Shown here one piece after another: positions 56,851 to 64,000 of a DNA stretch of 64,000 bases. The stretch is from a virus: the IMG/VR virus record IMGVR_UViG_3300022925_000005; one strand, written 5' to 3'. Below the pieces are notes generated by a model. The model saw only the letters and a list, made by a program, of their open reading frames with translations, ran no database searches and was not told the DNA's origin. Position numbers and translations under genes: made by a program. Positions within the stretch are counted from its first letter, which is position 1. The number at the start of each line of letters is the position of its first letter.

Positions 56851-58113
56851 TTAGTGTTGAGAATGGTTTTGAGTTCTTTGGATGAAGATAATCACATCTG
56901 CTATTTGTACCCCCACTCCAAATGGAGTAATATTAAACTCATTCCCATTTAATACAAAATCGGAATCAGAATAATATTGAAATATTTCATGGAACTTATG
57001 CCACTCAGTATCATTTTTGGAAAAGAATAAATCTCTACCAACTCTCGTATATGGAGTTCCAACAGTATTATTCATACTTAATCTAGCGTAGTTCTCAAAA
57101 CTGGGATTGACTGCTGCTTTCATACTAAAATCAATAGTAATGGTATATACATCACCATCGTTCTCAGCTTGTATTTTTTGTTCGTTTGGATTGAAGAATG
57201 GAACGGATGAATGCATGTGAGTTTCAATAGAACCAGAACCATTACAAGGTATCACTATCGTTTGACCATCACCTATTAAGAATCCAGAAGATGTTGTGTA
57301 GGTTGTATCATCGTATCTTGCCCAACCCAATCCACTATATCCTAAACCTTTTGGTATTTGGACTTGTTGTGTAGTGTTATCACCTTTGGTAAACTCTATT
57401 ACCGAACCAGATATAGATGAACTTTGGAATAGTGATGATGAAAATGAATTTCCATTTAGGGTATAATCACCAGTAATATCTACTGAACCAGTAACTCTCA
57501 AATTCCCTTCTATGATTTTATCACCATATTGGATATAATCACCAACTTGGGTCATACTACCTGAAATGTATTGGAATGAACCAGTTTCTGCAATGAATGA
57601 GTTTCCAGGTTCTACTAATCTCATACCACCCGAAGATATGTCCAAGTTTCCGAGGTTGTTTACGATATCAACAGTTAGTTCTCCACTTTGTTGAGATTCT
57701 ATATGAATTGAACCAGATTGTAGAAATAATTCTTTAAAAGGTCGTTCTAACGAACCTAATCTTACACCTACACCGATTTTTGGTAACATATCACCACCTA
57801 ACTCCGTTGTTCCACTTACGAAAAGAGAACCTGAAATTGTTACATCTCCAATAAAATCATGTGTATCATTGACCGAGTTTCCAAAAATAGTTGAACCACT
57901 ATCATAAAGAATAGATGATGATATAATAGTTTCAGTTCCAATTACAATTAAATCACCATTAATAGTAGTATCGCCAAATGTTGTAGGTAAATCGGAATTT
58001 AATATAGAACCTAATGTTGTTCTTTTGGACTGACCATCGGATGCCAATGCCACCAAATCACTAATTTGTGGATTAACTTCTATTTGTAATTCTGATATTC
58101 TCTTATTTCCCAT
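56851..58113 (-). CDS. Putative head fibre / decoration protein with SGS motifs
   Basis: N-terminal KRISEL motif. The SSSILYDSGSTIFG...DTHDF.G module is shared with the giant fibres. It lies just after the capsid gene. Confidence 0.5.
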   Translation of the reverse strand: MGNKRISELQIEVNPQISDLVALASDGQSKRTTLGSILNSDLPTTFGDTTINGDLIVIGTETIISSSILYDSGSTIFGNSVNDTHDFIGDVTISGSLFVSGTTELGGDMLPKIGVGVRLGSLERPFKELFLQSGSIHIESQQSGELTVDIVNNLGNLDISSGGMRLVEPGNSFIAETGSFQYISGSMTQVGDYIQYGDKIIEGNLRVTGSVDITGDYTLNGNSFSSSLFQSSSISGSVIEFTKGDNTTQQVQIPKGLGYSGLGWARYDDTTYTTSSGFLIGDGQTIVIPCNGSGSIETHMHSSVPFFNPNEQKIQAENDGDVYTITIDFSMKAAVNPSFENYARLSMNNTVGTPYTRVGRDLFFSKNDTEWHKFHEIFQYYSDSDFVLNGNEFNITPFGVGVQIADVIIFIQRTQNHSQH

Positions 58114-58334
58114 TATTCTTGTAATATTCCATATTCGTGTTTACCTTCTTGTAAGATAATATAATTGTAAGGTTCTTCTTGTAAAATAAAGTTGGAATTA
58201 TTTCCCATCTTACGAATTAACTCTACATCATATTGTTCTTGTGATTGGTAAACGTACATATTGTATTGAGATACCACCTCATTGATATTACCAATGTGTT
58301 TGTTTAACTCATAATATGTGTGCCAATTCATCAT
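58113..58334 (-). CDS. Small hypothetical protein with three C-terminal ILQE repeats
   Basis: FILQEE / IILQEG / GILQE. Its stop overlaps the start of the next gene. Confidence 0.55.
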   Translation of the reverse strand: MMNWHTYYELNKHIGNINEVVSQYNMYVYQSQEQYDVELIRKMGNNSNFILQEEPYNYIILQEGKHEYGILQE

Positions 58335-58339
58335 ATGAA

Positions 58340-58348
58340 TATAAATAT
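58340..58348 (-). promoter_or_regulatory. Candidate phage late promoter (ATATTTATA)
   Basis: Motif about 6 nt before the ATG at 58334, downstream of the capsid terminator. Confidence 0.5.
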
Positions 58349-58377
58349 AATAAATTTCAGTAATAAGATATTGGCAT

Positions 58378-58407
58378 AAAAAAAGAGGGAAGATTTCTCT
58401 TCCCTCT
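58378..58407 (-). terminator. Rho-independent terminator after the major capsid gene
   Basis: AGAGGGAAGA-loop-TCTTCCCTCT 10-bp stem followed by a T run on the minus strand. Confidence 0.9.
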
Positions 58408-58452
58408 AATTTATTAAGAATCTAAAGTAGATTCCGTTAAGTTAACTGTCTA

Positions 58453-60072
58453 TTAGATAGAAGCTAAATCTTTAACGAAGATTCTACCGTAGTATTCAGG
58501 ACGAACCATTTTCTTAGCGTAACGAGTCATCACACCTCTACGTGGAGTAAAGTTGGTTGGGTCGTACACCAATGGAGTCATAATTAATGGTACATACGGA
58601 GCGTAAACAGCACCAGTTTCTAGGAAGTTGCTTCCTCTAAATCCTAACAAGATTTCGTTTGAAGTCATGTAAGGGTTTTTGTAAACTGTGTATCTGTTAG
58701 CGATAGCACCTACCGTAGTTACACCAGCAGCGAAAGATGAAGCATCTTTATCAGCAGAAACAGTGAAACCTGGGATAGATTCTAAGATAGTACATACATC
58801 AGGAGATGCAACTACGAAGTTAGCACCACCTCTTAAAGTCAATTGGTGAATCTTATTAGATACTTTGTTCAATTTAGTACCTAAAGTTTGGAACCAAGTG
58901 TTCTTTTGGTATGCAACAGCTGTGTTAGCACCAGACCATACACCAGTTGAAGAGTTGTACTCCTCACCGATAGTTGCTGACCAGTACTCAGTAGTCAATG
59001 CGTTAGATTTCAACATATCTAAGATTTCCAAGTCAATCTCTAATGAGATGTAGTCAGAAAGCATAGAAGTCAATTCAGCTTCAGCATCGATTGAGTGGTA
59101 AGCGTTCAAATCTTGCGCCAATTCAGGAGTCCATACAGCCTTTAGTTTTCTTGTCTTAGCAACGATTGCTTCAGACTTCAATTCTAAATCAACTTCTGGA
59201 ATATCGATAGAAGTACCAACAGTACCAGCAGCACCAGCTACTTGTCCAGCGTTTTTACCATCTTCGAAATCACCTCTAGCGTAATCAGTTGGAACAACTG
59301 AGTAAGTCAATTCAACGTTACCAGCTTTAGCAGTTTCAAGACCAGCAGAAGCTGATACCATCATTACTAAGTTGTTACCAGATACACTATGGAATTGGTT
59401 TAAGTTAGTTGCAATCTCAGCGTTAGCGATATTGAACGAACGTACACCATCTACATCAGCAGTTGCTGGTTTAGCGAAAGTTGCTTTTACAACCTCACCA
59501 TCAGAGATAGAAGCCGATAAAGAAGCGTCAAAACCTACATCAGCCCAAGAAGCTGAAGTAAAGGTTACTGAAGCAACAGCAGTAGATGCAGTTACATCAT
59601 TTGCAGTATATCCGAATCTTCCTTCACCATATAAACCATTTACAGCTGCATCAGTAGAACCTACATCAGCACCAGTACCACCGAAAAGTGATTGACCAGA
59701 GAATGCAGGGTTACCACCTTGAGCAGTACCATATTTGAAATCAAGATAGAATACAAGTCCAGAAGGTAAGTTCATAGGTTGTACACTAACGAATTCTTTA
59801 GAAGCAATCTCACCAAAGATTCTTCTTACCAAAGGTAAAGCTACACCACTCCACTCTTCCGAGCTAGCTGCAGTACCTGTTTGAGTTGCCTCATCAAGCA
59901 ATTGTTTTGCTTGGTTTTCGAGCATAACCGCCATTGCGCCTTGCTCTTTTGCGTTTAAGCCTTCAAGAAGTCCAGTTGCATCCCATTTGCTTTTCAATTG
60001 TCTTGTTTCAGACAACATCACCGCTTGTGGGTTCTTTCCTTCCATCAACTTAGATAAATCAAAATTTGCCAT
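58453..60072 (-). CDS. gp23: Major capsid protein (T4 gp23-like)
   Basis: LPLVRR, VSVQPMNLPSGLVFYL, AKTRKLKAVWTPELAQDLNAYHSIDAEAEL, YAPYVPL and PRRGVMTRYA motifs. Confidence 0.97.
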   Translation of the reverse strand: MANFDLSKLMEGKNPQAVMLSETRQLKSKWDATGLLEGLNAKEQGAMAVMLENQAKQLLDEATQTGTAASSEEWSGVALPLVRRIFGEIASKEFVSVQPMNLPSGLVFYLDFKYGTAQGGNPAFSGQSLFGGTGADVGSTDAAVNGLYGEGRFGYTANDVTASTAVASVTFTSASWADVGFDASLSASISDGEVVKATFAKPATADVDGVRSFNIANAEIATNLNQFHSVSGNNLVMMVSASAGLETAKAGNVELTYSVVPTDYARGDFEDGKNAGQVAGAAGTVGTSIDIPEVDLELKSEAIVAKTRKLKAVWTPELAQDLNAYHSIDAEAELTSMLSDYISLEIDLEILDMLKSNALTTEYWSATIGEEYNSSTGVWSGANTAVAYQKNTWFQTLGTKLNKVSNKIHQLTLRGGANFVVASPDVCTILESIPGFTVSADKDASSFAAGVTTVGAIANRYTVYKNPYMTSNEILLGFRGSNFLETGAVYAPYVPLIMTPLVYDPTNFTPRRGVMTRYAKKMVRPEYYGRIFVKDLASI

Positions 60073-60110
60073 TTTATTTTTCCTTTTTAATGTTTGTTTG
60101 TTAATAATAA

Positions 60111-61229
60111 TTATTTGATGTTAGCCAATTCTTTAAATCTTTCGGCCATCAAGTTTGTGCTCTCAGAAATGATTTCTTTCTTAGGTGCAGTTGAAGCAAC
60201 TGGTTTAGATGCTGCAGCTTCTGCTACAACTCTTTTAGTTTTCTTCTCAGTACCTGTGAAATTCATCGATTCTGCTAACGTTGCGTAAACCAATTTTACC
60301 TCTCTAACAGAACTAGTTCTGTCTAAGTTTTCTACAACTTTAGTTTTTTGCTCATTAGTTAGGTTGTAACCTCTGAACAATCTATTAGCGTATAATAACT
60401 TTGCATTTAACAAGTTTACTTCGTTGATTGTAGATTGAAGTGATTTAACAGTGTTCAAAGCTTCTTCTAAATCTGCTTCTAATTCAGCAGTTTTATCTTC
60501 AACTTCTTCTTCTTCGTTTACTTCTTCTTCATCATCTCCGTATCCCATTTCTCTTAGGATTTCTTCCAAGTCGATTTCGTCATCCATATCTTCTTCTTCA
60601 GAAACTTCTTCCTCACCATGCATTTCTGCTTCGTGGTCTTCGATTTCATCAGATGCGATATCTGCTACTTCCTCTTCTTCTTCAGAGTCCAATTCTTCTT
60701 CCATAGATACTTCTTCTTCAGAATCCATTTCCTCTTCAGAAATTTCTTCTTCATCTTCCATACCCATTTCCAATTCTCTAATGATAGATTCCAAATCTAA
60801 CTCATCCTCATCTTCCATTTCTTCATCAGCTTCCATTTCATCTTCCATGTCCATTTCTGGTTCCACTTCATCTTCCATTTCATCTTCTTCAGAGATAGTA
60901 GCATCGTCAGCGTTAGTTGGGTCCTCAATAGAGCCTTCACCTTCTTCGATAGAATCTTCTTCAGATTCTTCTTCTTCGGTAATTGCTGGTGTTGCTTCAA
61001 CTGTTTCTTCCACAGCATCATCTTCAACTTCATTCGTATCAGAGTAATCTCCCTCTTCCATAGTTTCTTCTTCTTCACCTTCCATTTCAGCAGTTAGCTT
61101 CTTTGATAGGATAGATTGTAAACGTGGAGCGAAAGCTTCCTCTAATGCGATTTTAGCATTAGCGATTGCAGTTTCTCTTACAGCTTTGGCATCAGCAATT
61201 GCTTCTTTTAACAATTTTGAATTTGCCAT
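60111..61229 (-). CDS. Prohead core scaffold protein (gp22-like)
   Basis: Very Glu/Asp-rich centre and coiled-coil ends (LLNAKLLYANRLF), directly upstream of the major capsid gene. Confidence 0.8.
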   Translation of the reverse strand: MANSKLLKEAIADAKAVRETAIANAKIALEEAFAPRLQSILSKKLTAEMEGEEEETMEEGDYSDTNEVEDDAVEETVEATPAITEEEESEEDSIEEGEGSIEDPTNADDATISEEDEMEDEVEPEMDMEDEMEADEEMEDEDELDLESIIRELEMGMEDEEEISEEEMDSEEEVSMEEELDSEEEEEVADIASDEIEDHEAEMHGEEEVSEEEDMDDEIDLEEILREMGYGDDEEEVNEEEEVEDKTAELEADLEEALNTVKSLQSTINEVNLLNAKLLYANRLFRGYNLTNEQKTKVVENLDRTSSVREVKLVYATLAESMNFTGTEKKTKRVVAEAAASKPVASTAPKKEIISESTNLMAERFKELANIK

Positions 61230-61369
61230 TTACTTTTACCTTTTAAAAATTTTCTGAAGTTATTTGGGAACCCCAATGTAGATTAGTTGTAAATTGGTCG
61301 TTCGGTCACTAAACATTAAAAGTTAGTATTCATAAACCAATAAACCCATAAAAATGGGTTATTAACAAT

Positions 61370-61378
61370 GATAAATAT
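61370..61378 (-). promoter_or_regulatory. Candidate phage late promoter (ATATTTATC) with a ~140-nt leader to the scaffold/capsid genes
   Basis: Motif downstream of the 61441-61466 terminator. Confidence 0.5.
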
Positions 61379-61440
61379 AATCAAATTTAGAAAACCATAA
61401 AAAAATATTATATTTTCTTTAGTTTTTATCTATAAGACAT

Positions 61441-61466
61441 AAAAAAAGGTGGATAAACCACCTTTT
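61441..61466 (-). terminator. Rho-independent terminator
   Basis: AAAAGGTGG/CCACCTTTT inverted repeat running into a T run on the minus strand. Confidence 0.85.
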
Positions 61467-61470
61467 CTTT

Positions 61471-62133
61471 TTATTTTACTTTTCCTTTTTGGATATCTCT
61501 TTCCAACTCTTCTGCTGCACGAATTACATCACCTACTGCATAATCAAGAGGAACATTACGATATTTAGCAATCTTTTTAATTACCGCCATTACAATTCTC
61601 TTTTCTTCGGTTGATGCACCTTCGTTTATTGATTCGTTTGATTTTACAAACTTATCAACCTTTGGTTTTAATTCTTTCCAAATAGATTTAGCTTTTTTAT
61701 CTTTACTTAAAAATGAAACTACATCATCACCTGGCATTACAATACCATATGGTTGTATAGCCCCACTCATACTAAAATCACTCGAATAAACAATCTCATA
61801 ATCATTACCTTTATGAGTTACTATAAGACCATCTATATCACCTCTTCTATTTATTTTCTTTTTAACATCAGCTTCGTTTACTGATTCATTTTCATTTATT
61901 TCAGAGATTGCTCTTTCTCTCATAATCTCTCTTACGATTTCTCTAAGTTGAGCTTCTACCTTTTTAGGTAAACCTTTATGAGATGTTGATGCAAAATCTT
62001 CGATATCCTTTTCACTCATTCTATCAACGATTGCGTTTACTTCATCAGAAACTTCAGAAGCAGGAACTTCTCCTCTTTTAACAGCTAATGCTAAACCGAA
62101 TAATTTTTGTTGTTGTTGTGATTGTGCTGGCAT
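61471..62133 (-). CDS. DUF3008-like N-terminal domain protein, probable head-internal protein
   Basis: MPAQSQQQQKLFGLALAVKRGE...MSEKDIEDFAST.HKGLPKKV, plus internal ISE/INE/VNE putative protease sites. Confidence 0.6.
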   Translation of the reverse strand: MPAQSQQQQKLFGLALAVKRGEVPASEVSDEVNAIVDRMSEKDIEDFASTSHKGLPKKVEAQLREIVREIMRERAISEINENESVNEADVKKKINRRGDIDGLIVTHKGNDYEIVYSSDFSMSGAIQPYGIVMPGDDVVSFLSKDKKAKSIWKELKPKVDKFVKSNESINEGASTEEKRIVMAVIKKIAKYRNVPLDYAVGDVIRAAEELERDIQKGKVK

Positions 62134-62146
62134 AGTATTATTACTT

Positions 62147-63286
62147 TTAGATTAAGTCTCCTAATTTTAATTTAGCTTCATTATTAGCCATAGCTTTATC
62201 AAAAGATGTTTGTACTTTATCTGCTAATTCACCATGACCATCGTTTCTCATTTTCCATAAAATTGCAGCGATAGCTTTTTCACCATCCCATCCGTATTGT
62301 GAAGAGATTGTTGTTGCTACATCATTAGAACCATCAAATTCAGATGTAATACCATTAAAGTTTTTATTGTAGATGGAATTATCCATATCCCACTCTTCTC
62401 TTTCAGGCGTTCCCATTTCAGGAGCTTTTGAGTAATCAGGTCTTTTTGCTAATTCAGGTTTTCCTTGTAAGTCAGCGAAGATTTGTCTATTAGCACCATG
62501 GAAGTTTGAATCTTCTAATGTATCATGTACTATACTCAACATTCGTTTTTCATATTCTTCACGACCAACTTTATTAGGGTCAAATTTTCTTTTTGAAATT
62601 ATTTTATTAATAAATTTTCTATCTTTTACAGTAGTTTCTTTAGGTGTAAGTTCTCCTTTATTTACTCTGAATACACCAGTTTCTTTTGAAATTTGAGATG
62701 GTAATCCCACAGCTGTTTTTGGTTCATCTGATTTTGGTTCAGATTTTTGAGGAGGATTTTGTTTTTGTAATTCCTGTCCTAATTCCTTAGCGTATGCAAT
62801 TGCATCATCTTTACTATCAAACTCTTTCGTTCCCTTAACATCAGCAGGGTCATCTTCATTGTATCCACTTACCACAAATGCACTTTCACTATCATATACA
62901 CTACCCGGTGCTACAGATACAGTATTACCACTATCATCACCAAATGTACTTGTACCTTCTAAAGAACCACCATCAAACCAAGAGAATCCATCAGATTCTA
63001 ATGCGTTTTCAAAATCCTTTTCATCAGATTCACCATATGGTTCTGATTTGGGTTCACTCTTTTTAGTATCAGGTGCATCATATCCAGCATCCTTAGAGAA
63101 CATATTAGGTTTCTCTTTCTCACCGGCAGAATCACCTCCCTTCTCTGCCTCTTCTTTCTCATCATGAGTTCCAGCTTTGATAGCTGCATCTCTTGTATCT
63201 TTTGATTTGAATACTGATACTTTACCAGTAGATTTGTTGATAGCTGTGAAAGATTCTTCTTTCAAAAAATTTGTTAACTTTATCAT
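62147..63286 (-). CDS. Probable head-internal protein
   Basis: N-terminal MIKLTNFLKEE, charged low-complexity linkers (KSEPKSEP), located between protease and scaffold. Confidence 0.5.
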   Translation of the reverse strand: MIKLTNFLKEESFTAINKSTGKVSVFKSKDTRDAAIKAGTHDEKEEAEKGGDSAGEKEKPNMFSKDAGYDAPDTKKSEPKSEPYGESDEKDFENALESDGFSWFDGGSLEGTSTFGDDSGNTVSVAPGSVYDSESAFVVSGYNEDDPADVKGTKEFDSKDDAIAYAKELGQELQKQNPPQKSEPKSDEPKTAVGLPSQISKETGVFRVNKGELTPKETTVKDRKFINKIISKRKFDPNKVGREEYEKRMLSIVHDTLEDSNFHGANRQIFADLQGKPELAKRPDYSKAPEMGTPEREEWDMDNSIYNKNFNGITSEFDGSNDVATTISSQYGWDGEKAIAAILWKMRNDGHGELADKVQTSFDKAMANNEAKLKLGDLI

Positions 63287-63296
63287 ATCAATAATA

Positions 63297-63839
63297 TTAT
63301 TTTCCTAATCGTCTATTAACTTCGTCAATATCCAAATCAGACATTTCATAATACCTATTTAAAATATTGCCCATATCTTCATATAAAGCATGTAACCTCT
63401 CATCCATTTGTCTTGCTTCAGAAGCAATCTTTTCGAATGATTTATCCATTTTCTCTAATTCACTTAGATTACGTTTAATAGTTACCTTATCGAACCAATC
63501 ATCCGATTCACCTAATAGTAATGCTTTAGAAGCTTCTACGATTCCACCTAAAGTTTCTGCTACCTCTACGATATCAGATTTTCTTTTCATTTGCTCATCA
63601 AAACTTTTGTAAGTTGAGATAACTTCTAAAAAGTGTTTTTTAGTTTCGTTACTTAGTGGCTTATTAGCATCAAGTGATTCTGATAAACTAAATTTACCAT
63701 CAACAATCTTTACTTCGTTGATATTAGTTTTACGGATATCATTGTATCCTTTGCTTACGTTTTTACCTTGTTTAGAATCGACTTTAAATTCGATTTTGTT
63801 TTCGGTAACGTATTTGTATATGTCAAATCCTTTTTTCAT
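63297..63839 (-). CDS. Hypothetical helical head-module protein
   Basis: 180 aa with C-terminal LYEDMGNILNRYYEM. TAATG overlap with the protease stop. Confidence 0.6.
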   Translation of the reverse strand: MKKGFDIYKYVTENKIEFKVDSKQGKNVSKGYNDIRKTNINEVKIVDGKFSLSESLDANKPLSNETKKHFLEVISTYKSFDEQMKRKSDIVEVAETLGGIVEASKALLLGESDDWFDKVTIKRNLSELEKMDKSFEKIASEARQMDERLHALYEDMGNILNRYYEMSDLDIDEVNRRLGK

Positions 63840-64000
63840 TATGATAATTCCGTTATAATTTCTCTCATTAAACTTTCTGCTTTACAAAAATCTCCACAAA
63901 CATCGGTACCAATTTTCTTTATTACCGATTCGTTCATAGGAGTCATAAATGCACCATGTGTAGATGGGTTGGATACGAAGTCCCAACCGATTAATTCAAA
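63839..64000 (-). CDS. gp21: Prohead core protease (T4 gp21-like), 3' end only
   Basis: My translation is FELIGWDFVSNPSTHGAFMTPMNES...IITELS*. D-x-V-x-x-P-S is the gp21-family motif. It is absent from the ORF track because it is truncated. Confidence 0.85.
   Translation of the reverse strand, partial: FELIGWDFVSNPSTHGAFMTPMNESVIKKIGTDVCGDFCKAESLMREIITELS

Noticed and set aside
60451-61047. Plus-strand poly-Ser 198-aa ORF
   Set aside because: It is the antisense of the GAA/GAT-rich acidic scaffold region.
8532-61378. T4-type late promoters TATAAATA on the plus strand
   Set aside because: They would fire antisense to every gene. Their distance to minus-strand start codons is consistent, so the motif is read as ATATTTAT on the minus strand.
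1-64000. Stop-codon reassignment, introns/inteins, tRNAs or mobile elements
   Set aside because: Standard-code ORFs tile the minus strand densely. I recognised no homing endonuclease, intein, transposase or tRNA-like sequence, and the intergenic gaps are mostly too short.

Overview
The window is a 64-kb, AT-rich piece of the virion morphogenesis region of a large myovirus with T4-type head and tail genes. Every real gene lies on the minus strand. In transcription order (right to left): prohead protease (partial), three probable head-internal proteins, an acidic scaffold, a gp23-like major capsid protein, a head-fibre pair, neck proteins (gp13/gp14-like) and a tail terminator (gp15-like). Three giant repeat proteins follow (4057, 4018 and 4529 aa, about 38 kb) with small adaptor and chaperone genes, then tail sheath, tail tube, a gp26-like chaperone, tape measure, baseplate genes and a GT2 glycosyltransferase. 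Two TTTG/TTG-N~19-21-TATATTTG promoters point to a Bacteroidota host. Most notable: (1) the 4057-aa protein carries 21 tandem repeats with an invariant C-x-R-D motif that align by eye with the bilin-binding helix of phycobiliproteins, suggesting a pigment-binding virion appendage; (2) an unannotated, start-less gp51-like frame appears reachable only by a +1 (or -2) frameshift at GGG-TTT-TTT-TGG; (3) a tail fibre has about 28 conserved linkers separating variable modules; (4) very long proline-free Gly-Ser/Thr-Ser tracts and a pervasive S/T-G/A/S-S motif mark the surface proteins; (5) a candidate late-promoter motif ATATTTAT precedes nine structural genes. All functional calls come from motif recognition and gene order. 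No database searches were run, and reference motifs are recalled from memory.
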